A DNA stretch of 64,000 nt from Candidatus Korobacteraceae bacterium (GTDB lineage Bacteria; Acidobacteriota; Terriglobia; Terriglobales; Acidobacteriaceae), in contig JBEKNL010000016.1 in assembly GCA_049522855.1 (NCBI GenBank), positions 3,312-67,311 of the forward strand. The letters are read 5' to 3'. Under the pieces are notes generated by a model. That model saw only the letters and a program-made list of their open reading frames with translations. It was not told the DNA's origin and did not search any database. Below are positions 10,220 through 18,713 of the stretch, piece by piece. The position numbers were made by a program, and so were the translations under genes. How positions within the stretch are numbered: position 1 is the stretch's first letter; every line of letters starts with the position of its first letter.

Positions 10220-11053
10220 ATGCGAGGTCCCAAGGTTCTTGCGGCGGGCCTGTTGTTGGTGGCTTCGGCTTTGATGGCGCAAGAAATTCCGGCCGGCACG
10301 GTCATCCCGGTGATGCTGCGAACAACGCTGGACGCCAGAAAAGCCAGAGTGGGGCAGAAAATCGAAGCCCAAGTGATGCAGGACATTCCGCTGTCTTCCC
10401 AGACGCGAATTCGCGCCGGCGCCAAGCTGGTTGGACACGTCGTGGAAGTGACGCGGCCGAGCGCAGCTTCAGGATTGCCGGGATCGCGGGGATCGCGCAT
10501 CGCAGTGTCATTCGACCGCCTGATGATTGGTGGCACCGCAATCCCGGTAACCATGAGCCTGCGTTCGCTGGCCTCCATGATGGAAGTGTTTGAGGCGCAA
10601 CTGCCCACCAACGCGATCGATGACTATGGAACCACGCCAGCCGACTGGGTCACCGTGCAAATCGGCGGCGACGTGGTCTATCGCGGAAACGGAACCGTGA
10701 TGACTGACGGTCAGGTAGTCGGGAAATCAACGATTGGGGGCGAGGTGACCGCGAAGCTGATTGCCTCTCGCGACGGGGCTTGCCACGGGGCGGCGGCCGC
10801 GAACGACCGCGAGCAGGCGCTTTGGTTGTTCTCGCCGTCGGCCTGTGGCGCGTACGGTTTTGCCGAGCTGAAGATCGTTCACGCCGGCAGGCACGATCCA
10901 GTCGGGCAGATCATTCTGGCGTCGGACAAGAATGTGCATGTGCCTGGAGGCAGCGGCTTGCTGCTCAGGGTGACGGCTGTTTCCGATCCTTCTTCGATTG
11001 GATCCACCTCCGGTGTAAGCAGCGCGCGCCAGGCATTGCGAGGACCGTCTTAA
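10220..11053 (+). CDS. hypothetical secreted protein
   Basis: MRGPKVLAAGLLLVASALMAQ signal peptide and GAAGGAG 8 nt upstream of ATG 10220. Divergent from the ECF gene. No family recognised. Confidence 0.55.
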   Translation: MRGPKVLAAGLLLVASALMAQEIPAGTVIPVMLRTTLDARKARVGQKIEAQVMQDIPLSSQTRIRAGAKLVGHVVEVTRPSAASGLPGSRGSRIAVSFDRLMIGGTAIPVTMSLRSLASMMEVFEAQLPTNAIDDYGTTPADWVTVQIGGDVVYRGNGTVMTDGQVVGKSTIGGEVTAKLIASRDGACHGAAAANDREQALWLFSPSACGAYGFAELKIVHAGRHDPVGQIILASDKNVHVPGGSGLLLRVTAVSDPSSIGSTSGVSSARQALRGPS

Positions 11054-11084
11054 TTCTGACAGGGCCCGAGGGCGAGATAATCGT

Positions 11085-11175
11085 AGTCCAGCGCGCTGGG
11101 TAGGCTTAGAATGGGACTCCGAGTCCCGTAGCTTGTCTCCAACGGAGCGCCCCGCCGCGGCGGGACTGTTGGAAT
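11085..11175. repeat. REP-like element, partial unit
   Basis: cagcgcgctgggtaggcttagaatgggactccgagtcccgtagc followed by the ccccgccgcggcggg palindrome. Related to 6851-6960 and 32990-33165. Confidence 0.55.
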
Positions 11176-11202
11176 GGTGGAGGGATCCCACGATTCGGCA
11201 CG

Positions 11203-11610
11203 ATGACTGCTGAGAAGAAAAAACGCAGCAAGACCCGCGGCGCCTCCGATCCGGTCATCCCCGACAAGCTCTACTTCCGCATCGGTGAAGTGGCCGGCCT
11301 TTGCCGCCTGCCGGCCTACGTGTTGCGCTTCTGGGAGACCGAGTTCCCGCAACTCAAGCCGGTCAAGAGCAGCACCGGGCAGAGAATGTATCGCCAGCGT
11401 GATGTGGAAACTGTGCTGCGTGTCAAGAAGCTGCTCTACGATGAGGGCTTCACCATCGCCGGAGCCCGCGCGCATCTCAAGGCCGAGCTCAAACCTTCGC
11501 ACCGGCAGGACGGCTTGCCCTTTCCCAAGCCGCGTTCGGCGGACCCCTTGAAGAAAGTTCGGCAGGGCTTGCAGGAGATTCTGGGCATCCTCAACAAGAA
11601 GCGCCGGTAG
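11203..11610 (+). CDS. MerR-family transcriptional regulator
   Basis: [46 protein letters not shown] is a MerR-type HTH. Confidence 0.85.
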   Translation: MTAEKKKRSKTRGASDPVIPDKLYFRIGEVAGLCRLPAYVLRFWETEFPQLKPVKSSTGQRMYRQRDVETVLRVKKLLYDEGFTIAGARAHLKAELKPSHRQDGLPFPKPRSADPLKKVRQGLQEILGILNKKRR

Positions 11611-11778
11611 CTAGAACGTGATCTTGGCGGCGAACTGAAGGCCGCGCGGACCTCCTCCTCCGAGGAATGGGTTGCCGATACCAACATCGCCGGTCGCCGT
11701 CAGAGCGTAGTAGCCCTGCCCGCGCCCGTTGCTGGCAATTCCGTTGACGCTATCTGACGTTGTGGCCGGACGCGGAGA
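11611..11778 (-). pseudogene. C-terminal fragment (55 codons) of an outer-membrane beta-barrel, TonB-dependent-receptor-like
   Basis: My minus-strand translation is SPRPATTSDSVNGIASNGRGQGYYALTATGDVGIGNPFLGGGGPRGLQFAAKITF*. It ends in the aromatic-terminal beta-signal typical of OMPs/TBDRs. There is no start codon, an in-frame stop lies at 11779-11781, and no upstream continuation is visible. Confidence 0.5.
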
Positions 11779-14099
11779 TCAAGCCGGTGGTGTCGACGCT
11801 CAACGCCTTGGATGGGGCGATTACGTCCAACATGGCGATTGTGCCCACGCTGAACGGCTCCATCGACGCTTTCGCCACCACCGCAACCGACCTGGTGGCC
11901 GACATCTTCAGCTACTTTGCCCCGATTACGGCGCTGGGCATTACCACGCCCTCGCTGCCCTCGGGCACCTTGAATTACCCATACAGCGTGACCTTGGGCG
12001 CCAGCGGCGGCGTGCCGCCCTACACTTGGAGCCTAACTTTAGGCAGCAGCTTGCCGCCGGGATTGAATCTGGACGCCGCGGGCAGCGTGATCTCGGGCAC
12101 GCCCACGACGGTAGGAACATATCCGTTCACGCTGCAGGTTGCCGACTCGCAAACGCCGCCCGCCACCGCGTCGGCGCCGTTCAGTATCACCGTGAACGCG
12201 ACCCTGACCCAACTGACGGTGGTGACCACGTCGCTGCCCCCGGGCACGCAGAACACCGCCTACAATGCGATGCTGGCGGCCACCGGTGGACTTACTCCCT
12301 ACACCTGGAGCGTCACTGCAGGCAGCTTACCGGTTGGTTTGCATTTGAATGCGAGTACGGGAGCGATCACCGGCACGCCTAGCGGGGCGGGCATTTCGAC
12401 CTTCACGGTGCAGGTCACGGACGCAAACACGCCGCCGGCGACCGCGAGCGCGCAACTGAGCATCACCATTGCACCGGCGGTGCCGTTGAGCATCACCACG
12501 ACATCGTTACCGTCGGGTAACGCAGGCACCGCCTACAGCGCCACGCTGACAGCGGCCGGCGGAGTTTATCCCTACACCTGGGCAATCATCTCCGGCACGT
12601 TGCCGCCTGGTTTAGGTCTGAACCCCAGCACCGGCGTGATCTCGGGCACGCCGACCACGGTCGGGACCTCGAACTTCACCGTGCAGGCTGCCGACTCGGA
12701 AACCCCGCCAGCCACGGCCAGCGCGCCACTCAGCATCGTCATCAATCCGGGGGGCGGCGGCAATCCGGGGCTGCTCTCGGGCAATTACGCTTTCTACTTG
12801 AATGGCTGGAACGCCTCAGGTGCATGGACGCTGGCGGGTAGCTTCATCTCCGATGGCAACGGCCACATTACCAGCGGCGTGGTGGATGGGAATTCGGTGA
12901 CCGGCCAGCCGTTCAACGCCACCGTCAGCGGTACCTATTGGATTGCGGCCAACGGTTTGAACACGATCACCATTCAGGGCCAGTCCTATGGACCGGTCAC
13001 GTTTGCATTTGTGCTTGACTCGTCTGCCAATGGACGAATCATCGAGTACGACGACACCACCGGCCAGGGCAGCCGGGGCTCGGGCGTCTTGCGCAAAGCA
13101 GATCCCACCGCCTTCTCGCTCAGCAGACTCAGCGGCGGCTACGTCTTTGGAATGACGGGAGCTGATAACTCGGAGCGTCGTTTCGTTAACGTTGGCGTCT
13201 TCACGCTGGCCTCCGGAAACATCACCAACGGAGCATGCGACACCAACGACGGCGGAACTTTCCAAACCTGCACCTTCAGCGGCAGCGTGTCCGCCATCAA
13301 TGCACAAACGGGCCGCGGGGTAAGCACGGTCCAAAGCACTTTTGGCACCACTGATCAGGCGATCTATGTGGTCTCCGCGGGCGAGTTGATAATGGAGCAA
13401 ATTGACTCGATTCCCATCACACAGGCACCATTGCTCGTAGGCTCGGTGCTGCAGCAAAGCGGGACGTTCAACAACGGCTCGCTGAACGGCTTAAGTGTTC
13501 TCTATTATCAGGACATCCACGCCGCGGAAGGGGCCGATCAGTCGGGCGCCATGATCCTCAGCGCCAATGGTGACGGCAGCGGTAACGTTATCGCAGCGGA
13601 CGAAGACCTGGCTGGCACGATCACACAGAGGCCGCCTGGGCAGTCAAACTACACGGTAGCGGCCAACGGAGCCTTTAACACCGGCGCAGGAAATCCGGCG
13701 GGCTTCCTGGTGGGCCAGAACCACGGCTTCTTCGTGGGCACGGGTTCCAATTCCATCTTCGGCATGATCGAACCGCAAACCGGCGGCCCGTTCTCCAATG
13801 CATCGATCGCTGGGGCCTACGCCGCGAGCTCGCTGGCTCCGCTGGATTATGCAAATGCACGTAATGAAGTAGATATGGGCTCGGCGGACGGCGTTGGCAA
13901 TCTCACCACCAATACCGACAGCAGCTCACACAAGGGTTTGGGCCAAACCCTCGGACAAATTCACAACTACGCGATCGCTGCGAACGGTAGAGGTACGAGC
14001 TCCGACAACCCTCCGGTCGTCTTCTACGTGATATCACCGAGCAAGTGGCTTGTCTTGGTGACAGACACGGACGCGGCAGTGCTCGTCTTTGAGCACTGA
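11760..14099 (+). CDS. large repeat protein: 4 putative-Ig (He_PIG-like) repeats plus 4 repeats of an unassigned ~100-aa module
   Basis: Four ~90-aa repeats fit the pattern TTxSLPxGxxxxxYxxxLxAxGGxxPYTWxxxxGxLPxGLxLxxxxGxIxGTPxxxGxxxFTxQVxDxxTPPATASA. TTG start directly after an in-frame TGA (11745-11747). No signal peptide is visible. Confidence 0.75.
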   Translation: MWPDAEIKPVVSTLNALDGAITSNMAIVPTLNGSIDAFATTATDLVADIFSYFAPITALGITTPSLPSGTLNYPYSVTLGASGGVPPYTWSLTLGSSLPPGLNLDAAGSVISGTPTTVGTYPFTLQVADSQTPPATASAPFSITVNATLTQLTVVTTSLPPGTQNTAYNAMLAATGGLTPYTWSVTAGSLPVGLHLNASTGAITGTPSGAGISTFTVQVTDANTPPATASAQLSITIAPAVPLSITTTSLPSGNAGTAYSATLTAAGGVYPYTWAIISGTLPPGLGLNPSTGVISGTPTTVGTSNFTVQAADSETPPATASAPLSIVINPGGGGNPGLLSGNYAFYLNGWNASGAWTLAGSFISDGNGHITSGVVDGNSVTGQPFNATVSGTYWIAANGLNTITIQGQSYGPVTFAFVLDSSANGRIIEYDDTTGQGSRGSGVLRKADPTAFSLSRLSGGYVFGMTGADNSERRFVNVGVFTLASGNITNGACDTNDGGTFQTCTFSGSVSAINAQTGRGVSTVQSTFGTTDQAIYVVSAGELIMEQIDSIPITQAPLLVGSVLQQSGTFNNGSLNGLSVLYYQDIHAAEGADQSGAMILSANGDGSGNVIAADEDLAGTITQRPPGQSNYTVAANGAFNTGAGNPAGFLVGQNHGFFVGTGSNSIFGMIEPQTGGPFSNASIAGAYAASSLAPLDYANARNEVDMGSADGVGNLTTNTDSSSHKGLGQTLGQIHNYAIAANGRGTSSDNPPVVFYVISPSKWLVLVTDTDAAVLVFEH

Positions 14100-14129
14100 G
14101 TATTCGTCAGATGGTCGCCTGAATTTCCT

Positions 14130-14158
14130 GGCCGGCGCCTTCCGACGCCGGCCTTTTT
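14130..14158 (+). terminator. rho-independent terminator after the Ig-repeat gene
   Basis: ggccggcg-ccttccga-cgccggcc followed by ttttt. Confidence 0.6.
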
Positions 14159-14307
14159 CAGTCTTCAGCGACTGATGTCCTGCTGGATATGGATGGCTAT
14201 TTTGTGCCGGCCGCAACTAATGCCTATGATTACCATTTTTAGTGCCGTGCGCTTTTTCTCTGCACGTGCCCATTGATTCCGGGACACAGCAGTCCTACAC
14301 TTATGGT

Positions 14308-14550
14308 ATGTTGCGAATTCTTTCAGCCGTCGCCGTCGTAATCTTAGCCGTTGGCGTTATGCTTGTCGGCTACAACGTACTTATTACTGGAACGGGACTG
14401 GTCGGCGCTCTCTTACTTCCTCATCGCTATTGGCGGGATTTCGCTTCCAGTCCCGGAGTGACTCAAAACATTCAATGGATGGCTATCGTCGTAACGGCGC
14501 TCATGCTCGGGTGGCGCGCCGGTTCTATGCGCGAACCAGGAAAGTACTAA
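14308..14550 (+). CDS. hypothetical small membrane protein
   Basis: MLRILSAVAVVILAVGVMLVGYNVLITGTGLVGALLL... has 2-3 hydrophobic segments. It lies in a stretch that looks AT-richer than its flanks and is followed by a terminator. Confidence 0.4.
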   Translation: MLRILSAVAVVILAVGVMLVGYNVLITGTGLVGALLLPHRYWRDFASSPGVTQNIQWMAIVVTALMLGWRAGSMREPGKY

Positions 14551-14598
14551 TAGGCATGGGCTGCGGCGGTTGAGATGATTCGTAGCGAACGGCACGCC

Positions 14599-14629
14599 CC
14601 CGCTCTAGCCAAGCTAAAGCGGGTTTTTT
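14599..14629 (+). terminator. rho-independent terminator
   Basis: cccgct-ctagccaagctaa-agcggg followed by tttttt. Confidence 0.5.
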
Positions 14630-14706
14630 CTTTGAGCGCGCACAACAAATCTTGATCGAATCGCCCTAACGCGAACGGCGAATAGCGAAGAGCGAAACGC
14701 GGCCCT

Positions 14707-16332
14707 TCAAATCACCACGGTCTCCTGATATTCGCCGTACACGTGGCGCATGGCGTCGGAGATTTCGCCGACCGTGGCGTTGGCCTCAACAGCTTCCACA
14801 ATGGGCGGCATCAGGTTGCCAGTGCCGCGCGCCGCGTCTTCCACCTTCTTCAGCGCCGCCTGCCATTTCGCCGGATCGCGTTTGGTGCGCACGGCGCGCA
14901 AACGCTCCACCTGCTTGCGTTCCAGAGACTCGTCCATGTGTAGCAGCGGAATCGGCTTTTCTTTCTCCTGTTCGAAGGCGTTCACACCCACGACAATTGC
15001 CTCCAGTCTGTCCACAGCCTGCTGATACTCGTACGCGGCATTTTGGATTTCCTGCTGAATGAATCCGCGCTCAATTGCCTTCAAGGTGCCGCCCATGGCG
15101 TCGATCTTGTCGAGGTACTCGCGGGCCTGGGTTTCGATCTGGTTGGTCAGCGATTCGATGTAGTACGAACCGGCCAGCGGATCGACGGTCTGCGCCGCGC
15201 CTGATTCGTAAGCGACGATCTGCTGGGTCCGGAGGGCGATGCGCGCCGACTGTTCGGTGGGCAAGGCCAGCGCTTCGTCGAACGAATTGGTGTGCAGCGA
15301 TTGCGTCCCGCCCAGGACTGCCGCCATGGCTTGCAATGCAGTGCGCACGATGTTGTTCTCTGGCTGCTGCGCGGTCAATGTCGAGCCTGCCGTTTGGGTG
15401 TGGAAACGCAACATCAGCGATTTTGGGTTCTTGGCGCCGAAATGGTCGCGCATGATGCGTGCCCACATGCGGCGGGCGGCGCGAAACTTCGCCACCTCTT
15501 CCAGGAAATTACTGTGCGCATTGAAGAAGAACGACAGCCGCGGCGCAAAGTCATCCACGCCCAGCCCCGCGTCGATGGCGGCCTGCACGTAACTGATGCC
15601 GTTGGCCAGTGTGAACGCCACTTCCTGCACCGCCGTGCATCCGGCCTCGCGCATGTGGTAACCGGAAATGGAAATCGTGTTCCACTCGGGCACGTTCTCG
15701 TGGGCGTAGGAAAAGATGTCGGTGATGATGCGCATGGCCTGTGCGGGCGGATAAATATACGTCCCGCGCGCAATGTATTCCTTCAGCACATCGTTTTGTA
15801 CGGTGCCGGAAAGCTTGCGCACGTCGCGACCGGTGCGCCGCGCCGTCACAATGTAAAGCGCCAGCAAAATGGCTGCCGTAGCATTGATCGTCATCGAGGT
15901 GGAAATCTTCTCCAGGTTGATGCCGTCGAAGAGGCGCATCATGTCGTCGATGGAATCGATGGCCACGCCGACCTTTCCCACTTCTCCCGTAGCGAGCGGG
16001 TTGTCGGAATCGAGGCCGATCTGCGTCGGCAGGTCGAAAGCCACGCTCAATCCGGTGGTGCCATTGCTCAGCAGGTACTTGTAGCGGCGGTTCGATTCTT
16101 CGGCATCGCCCATGCCGGCGTACTGCCGCATGGTCCACAGCCGCCCGCGGTACATCGTGGCTTGCACGCCGCGGGTGTAGGGGAACTGTCCCGGGAAGTT
16201 GAGATCGCGGTCGTGATCCCAACCTTCCAGATCGGACGGCGTGTAAAGCGGGTGAACGCTGATGTGGGAGGAGGTTTCTTGCTCGGGCGCAAGCTTGGTA
16301 GCCACAGACCCTTTAGGTTTGTTTTCGGGCAT
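14707..16332 (-). CDS. methylmalonyl-CoA mutase family, large (catalytic TIM-barrel) subunit without a B12-binding domain
   Basis: [30 protein letters not shown] and the rest of the mutase barrel. At 541 aa it lacks the C-terminal cobalamin-binding domain. Confidence 0.9.
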   Translation of the reverse strand: MPENKPKGSVATKLAPEQETSSHISVHPLYTPSDLEGWDHDRDLNFPGQFPYTRGVQATMYRGRLWTMRQYAGMGDAEESNRRYKYLLSNGTTGLSVAFDLPTQIGLDSDNPLATGEVGKVGVAIDSIDDMMRLFDGINLEKISTSMTINATAAILLALYIVTARRTGRDVRKLSGTVQNDVLKEYIARGTYIYPPAQAMRIITDIFSYAHENVPEWNTISISGYHMREAGCTAVQEVAFTLANGISYVQAAIDAGLGVDDFAPRLSFFFNAHSNFLEEVAKFRAARRMWARIMRDHFGAKNPKSLMLRFHTQTAGSTLTAQQPENNIVRTALQAMAAVLGGTQSLHTNSFDEALALPTEQSARIALRTQQIVAYESGAAQTVDPLAGSYYIESLTNQIETQAREYLDKIDAMGGTLKAIERGFIQQEIQNAAYEYQQAVDRLEAIVVGVNAFEQEKEKPIPLLHMDESLERKQVERLRAVRTKRDPAKWQAALKKVEDAARGTGNLMPPIVEAVEANATVGEISDAMRHVYGEYQETVVI

Positions 16333-16345
16333 AAGAGGAGAACCC

Positions 16346-16418
16346 CAGTTTCGAGTTTCGAGTTTCGAGTTTCGAGTTCTCGTTCCCCCTGGAAACTCGA
16401 AACTGGAAACTCGAAACT
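16346..16418. repeat. periodic inverted repeat (gtttcga x4 / tcgaaac-type arm), long stem with 12-nt loop
   Basis: cagtttcgagtttcgagtttcgagtttcgagtt-ctcgttccccct-ggaaactcgaaactggaaactcgaaact. It begins 14 nt upstream of the mutase ATG. Confidence 0.8.
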
Positions 16419-16746
16419 ACCTTCTTCGGGACCTGGCGAACGAGCTCACGCCAAAGTACAAAAAAGCCAGCGCGAATGCCGATGCCAACAACATCTTTCC
16501 GGTTGACCCGTGCCCGGCAGCGTAACGATGGTATTCGCGCAGGGCAGCCGCGCCCCCGACCACCGCAAGCACCAGGAAAAATAGTCCTGCCACCTCCAGC
16601 CAGAGCACATGCAGCACCCGCACTACGCTGCCGAGCGTGACGCTACTTCCCCGGTAAAAGGCCCGTATCCAACGATTCTCTCCGGTCTTGCGGCCCGCAA
16701 CGCGCAGAAACGCCCGGCCCTGGGTACCGAAATTGTGGGATGGCAC
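16417..16746 (-). CDS. hypothetical membrane protein
   Basis: 109-aa ORF with two hydrophobic helices (VAGLFFLVLAVVGGAAAL, MLLASAFALAFLYFGV). No family recognised. Confidence 0.4.
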   Translation of the reverse strand: MPSHNFGTQGRAFLRVAGRKTGENRWIRAFYRGSSVTLGSVVRVLHVLWLEVAGLFFLVLAVVGGAAALREYHRYAAGHGSTGKMLLASAFALAFLYFGVSSFARSRRR

Positions 16747-16978
16747 GCTTTTACCTTTCGCCCTGCGCTGTTGCCTGCCTAACTCCTCATTCTATCAGTG
16801 GACTAACGCGGGAGATGGCTCCCTTCGCGACGCAACAGCGCCCCCATAATCACAAAACTCGGCCTCCACAGGAAGCATCCAACGTATTAAGCTGGTAGAG
16901 TGGGCGGGCCAAGGTTTTCAGCACCATCGCCAAGAAAATTGCGCGGTCCGTCGCCAGCCAGCTAGCTTAGGTGCAATC

Positions 16979-17257
16979 GTGGATAAACGACTAAAAAGCC
17001 TGATGGAACAACTGGGGGAAGCGATCAACAACTCGCTTTCCGATTCCGAACAAATCGCGGAGGTCATCACTCGTATTAAAGCCGGGGGATACGATGTGTT
17101 TCTGGTACTCGAGGCGACCGTGGGATTGAATGAGCGTGACCAAGCCGCGGCGCCGGCTCGAATCAACGGCCAGCGCTCAGCCGCCGATTTTCAGGTGACG
17201 GCACAGGATGTGAAGTTTCTAAAGTCCCTTCGCATCAGGGTCGATGAGGAGAAGTAG
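16979..17257 (+). CDS. hypothetical small soluble protein
   Basis: 92-aa ORF with a GTG start and non-repetitive composition. No family recognised. Confidence 0.35.
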   Translation: MDKRLKSLMEQLGEAINNSLSDSEQIAEVITRIKAGGYDVFLVLEATVGLNERDQAAAPARINGQRSAADFQVTAQDVKFLKSLRIRVDEEK

Positions 17258-17420
17258 CCTCGCAGCCTGGCATCCGGCCTGACACGCCCGGACCGCGTGC
17301 GGTGTGCTAACATTCGACTTCGCCTGTGGGCCGGCACGCGCCACCAAAGGCGCCGTCAGCCCTTCCAACAAACGAGGATTCTTAGCCCATCGGGGAAATT
17401 CGTAATCGGAAACCATCAGG

Positions 17421-18674
17421 ATGAGAGACACCCTCGGAGTCTTACTGGCGGGAGGAGCGGGCGAACGTCTATATCCACTGACGCGCGATCGCGCCAAGCC
17501 GGCCGTCACCTTCGGCGGCATTTACCGCATCATTGACATTACGCTTTCCAACTGCATCAACTCCGATCTGCGAAAAGTCTATATCCTGACCCAGTACAAA
17601 GCGCTGTCCCTGAACCGGCACATCCGCGAAGGCTGGGGCAACATTGTGGGACGCGAACTGGGAGAGTTCATCGAGATCCTGCCGCCCATGAAGCGGGTCA
17701 GCGAGAACTGGTACATGGGCACGGCCGATGCGGTGTATCAGAACCTGTACTCCATTGGCTCCGAGCAGCCGCGCTACGTGCTGATCCTGTCGGGCGATCA
17801 CATCTACAAGATGAACTACGACTTGATGCTGCGTCAGCACCAGGATTCGGGCGCGGACGTCACCCTGGCCACCATCCTGGTCGATCCGGCGGAGACCAAG
17901 CTGTTCGGTGTAGTCGAGATTGATCGTACCGGCCGAGTTGTCGGCTTCCAGGAAAAGCCCGAGCAAACCGACCTGCGCTCGCCCTACAACCCGCGCATGG
18001 TTTCGGCCTCGATGGGCGTTTACCTGTTCAACACCGATGTGCTCATTCCGACGCTGCTGAAAGACGCGGAAGACGCAACTTCGCGCCACGATTTCGGGCA
18101 CAACATTCTCCCCCGCATGGTGGACGACTACAAGGTTTACTCCTTCAACTTCATCGACGAGAACCGCAAAGAGGCGCTGTACTGGCGCGATGTGGGGACC
18201 CTGGAAGCTTATTACGAGGCCAACATGGACCTGGTCTCGGTGGCGCCGGTTTTCAACGTGTATGACGCGGCCTGGCCGATTCGCACGCATATGCGGCAGT
18301 ACCCTCCGGCCAAGTTCGTGTTCAGCGATCCCGGCCGCACCGGAGAAGCGCATGACTCCATCGTCTCCATGGGCTGCATCATCTCTGGCGGCTCCGTGCG
18401 CAACAGCGTGCTCTCGCCCGACGTGCGCGTGAACTCCTACTCGGAGATCGATACCAGCATTCTTTTTTCCCATGTCAACGTCGGCCGCCACTGCCGCATT
18501 CGCAAGGCCATCATCGATCGCGACGTGGCTATCCCCGAGGGAACGGTCATCGGCTACGACACCGAAGCCGACCGCCAGAAGTATCACGTGACCGACAGCG
18601 GCATCACCGTGGTGACGCGCGATTATTCGCTGTTCGAGAACCCGATCACGGTGGATTACTTCACCTCGGAGTGA
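17421..18674 (+). CDS. glgC: glucose-1-phosphate adenylyltransferase
   Basis: LAGGAGERLYPLTRDRAKPAVTFGG N-terminal motif and the left-handed beta-helix C-terminus of GlgC. Confidence 0.93.
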   Translation: MRDTLGVLLAGGAGERLYPLTRDRAKPAVTFGGIYRIIDITLSNCINSDLRKVYILTQYKALSLNRHIREGWGNIVGRELGEFIEILPPMKRVSENWYMGTADAVYQNLYSIGSEQPRYVLILSGDHIYKMNYDLMLRQHQDSGADVTLATILVDPAETKLFGVVEIDRTGRVVGFQEKPEQTDLRSPYNPRMVSASMGVYLFNTDVLIPTLLKDAEDATSRHDFGHNILPRMVDDYKVYSFNFIDENRKEALYWRDVGTLEAYYEANMDLVSVAPVFNVYDAAWPIRTHMRQYPPAKFVFSDPGRTGEAHDSIVSMGCIISGGSVRNSVLSPDVRVNSYSEIDTSILFSHVNVGRHCRIRKAIIDRDVAIPEGTVIGYDTEADRQKYHVTDSGITVVTRDYSLFENPITVDYFTSE

Positions 18675-18685
18675 ATTCGAATCGC

Positions 18686-18711
18686 CAGCAACCTGCGCCG
18701 CAGGCTGTTTT
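18686..18711. terminator. possible bidirectional terminator between convergent glgC and the membrane protein gene
   Basis: cagcaacctgc-gcc-gcaggctg followed by tttt. The stem is imperfect. Confidence 0.35.
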
Positions 18712-18713
18712 CC

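Noticed and set aside
11940-12760. About 270-nt tandem DNA repeats
   Set aside because: They are the coding repeats of the four Ig-like domains of the 11760-14099 protein. There are no spacers and no CRISPR-like structure.
15292-16506. 404-codon plus-strand ORF. Similar long shadow ORFs occur at 4416-5819, 6026-7099, 7549-8697, 17469-18587, 30067-31179, 31273-32322, 33229-33879 and 52088-53146.
   Set aside because: All are antisense or out-of-frame overlaps of strongly supported genes (mutase, RND, MFP, TolC, glgC, mfd, galU, purD, aminotransferase). They are typical GC-rich shadow ORFs with Arg/Gly/His-rich nonsense composition.
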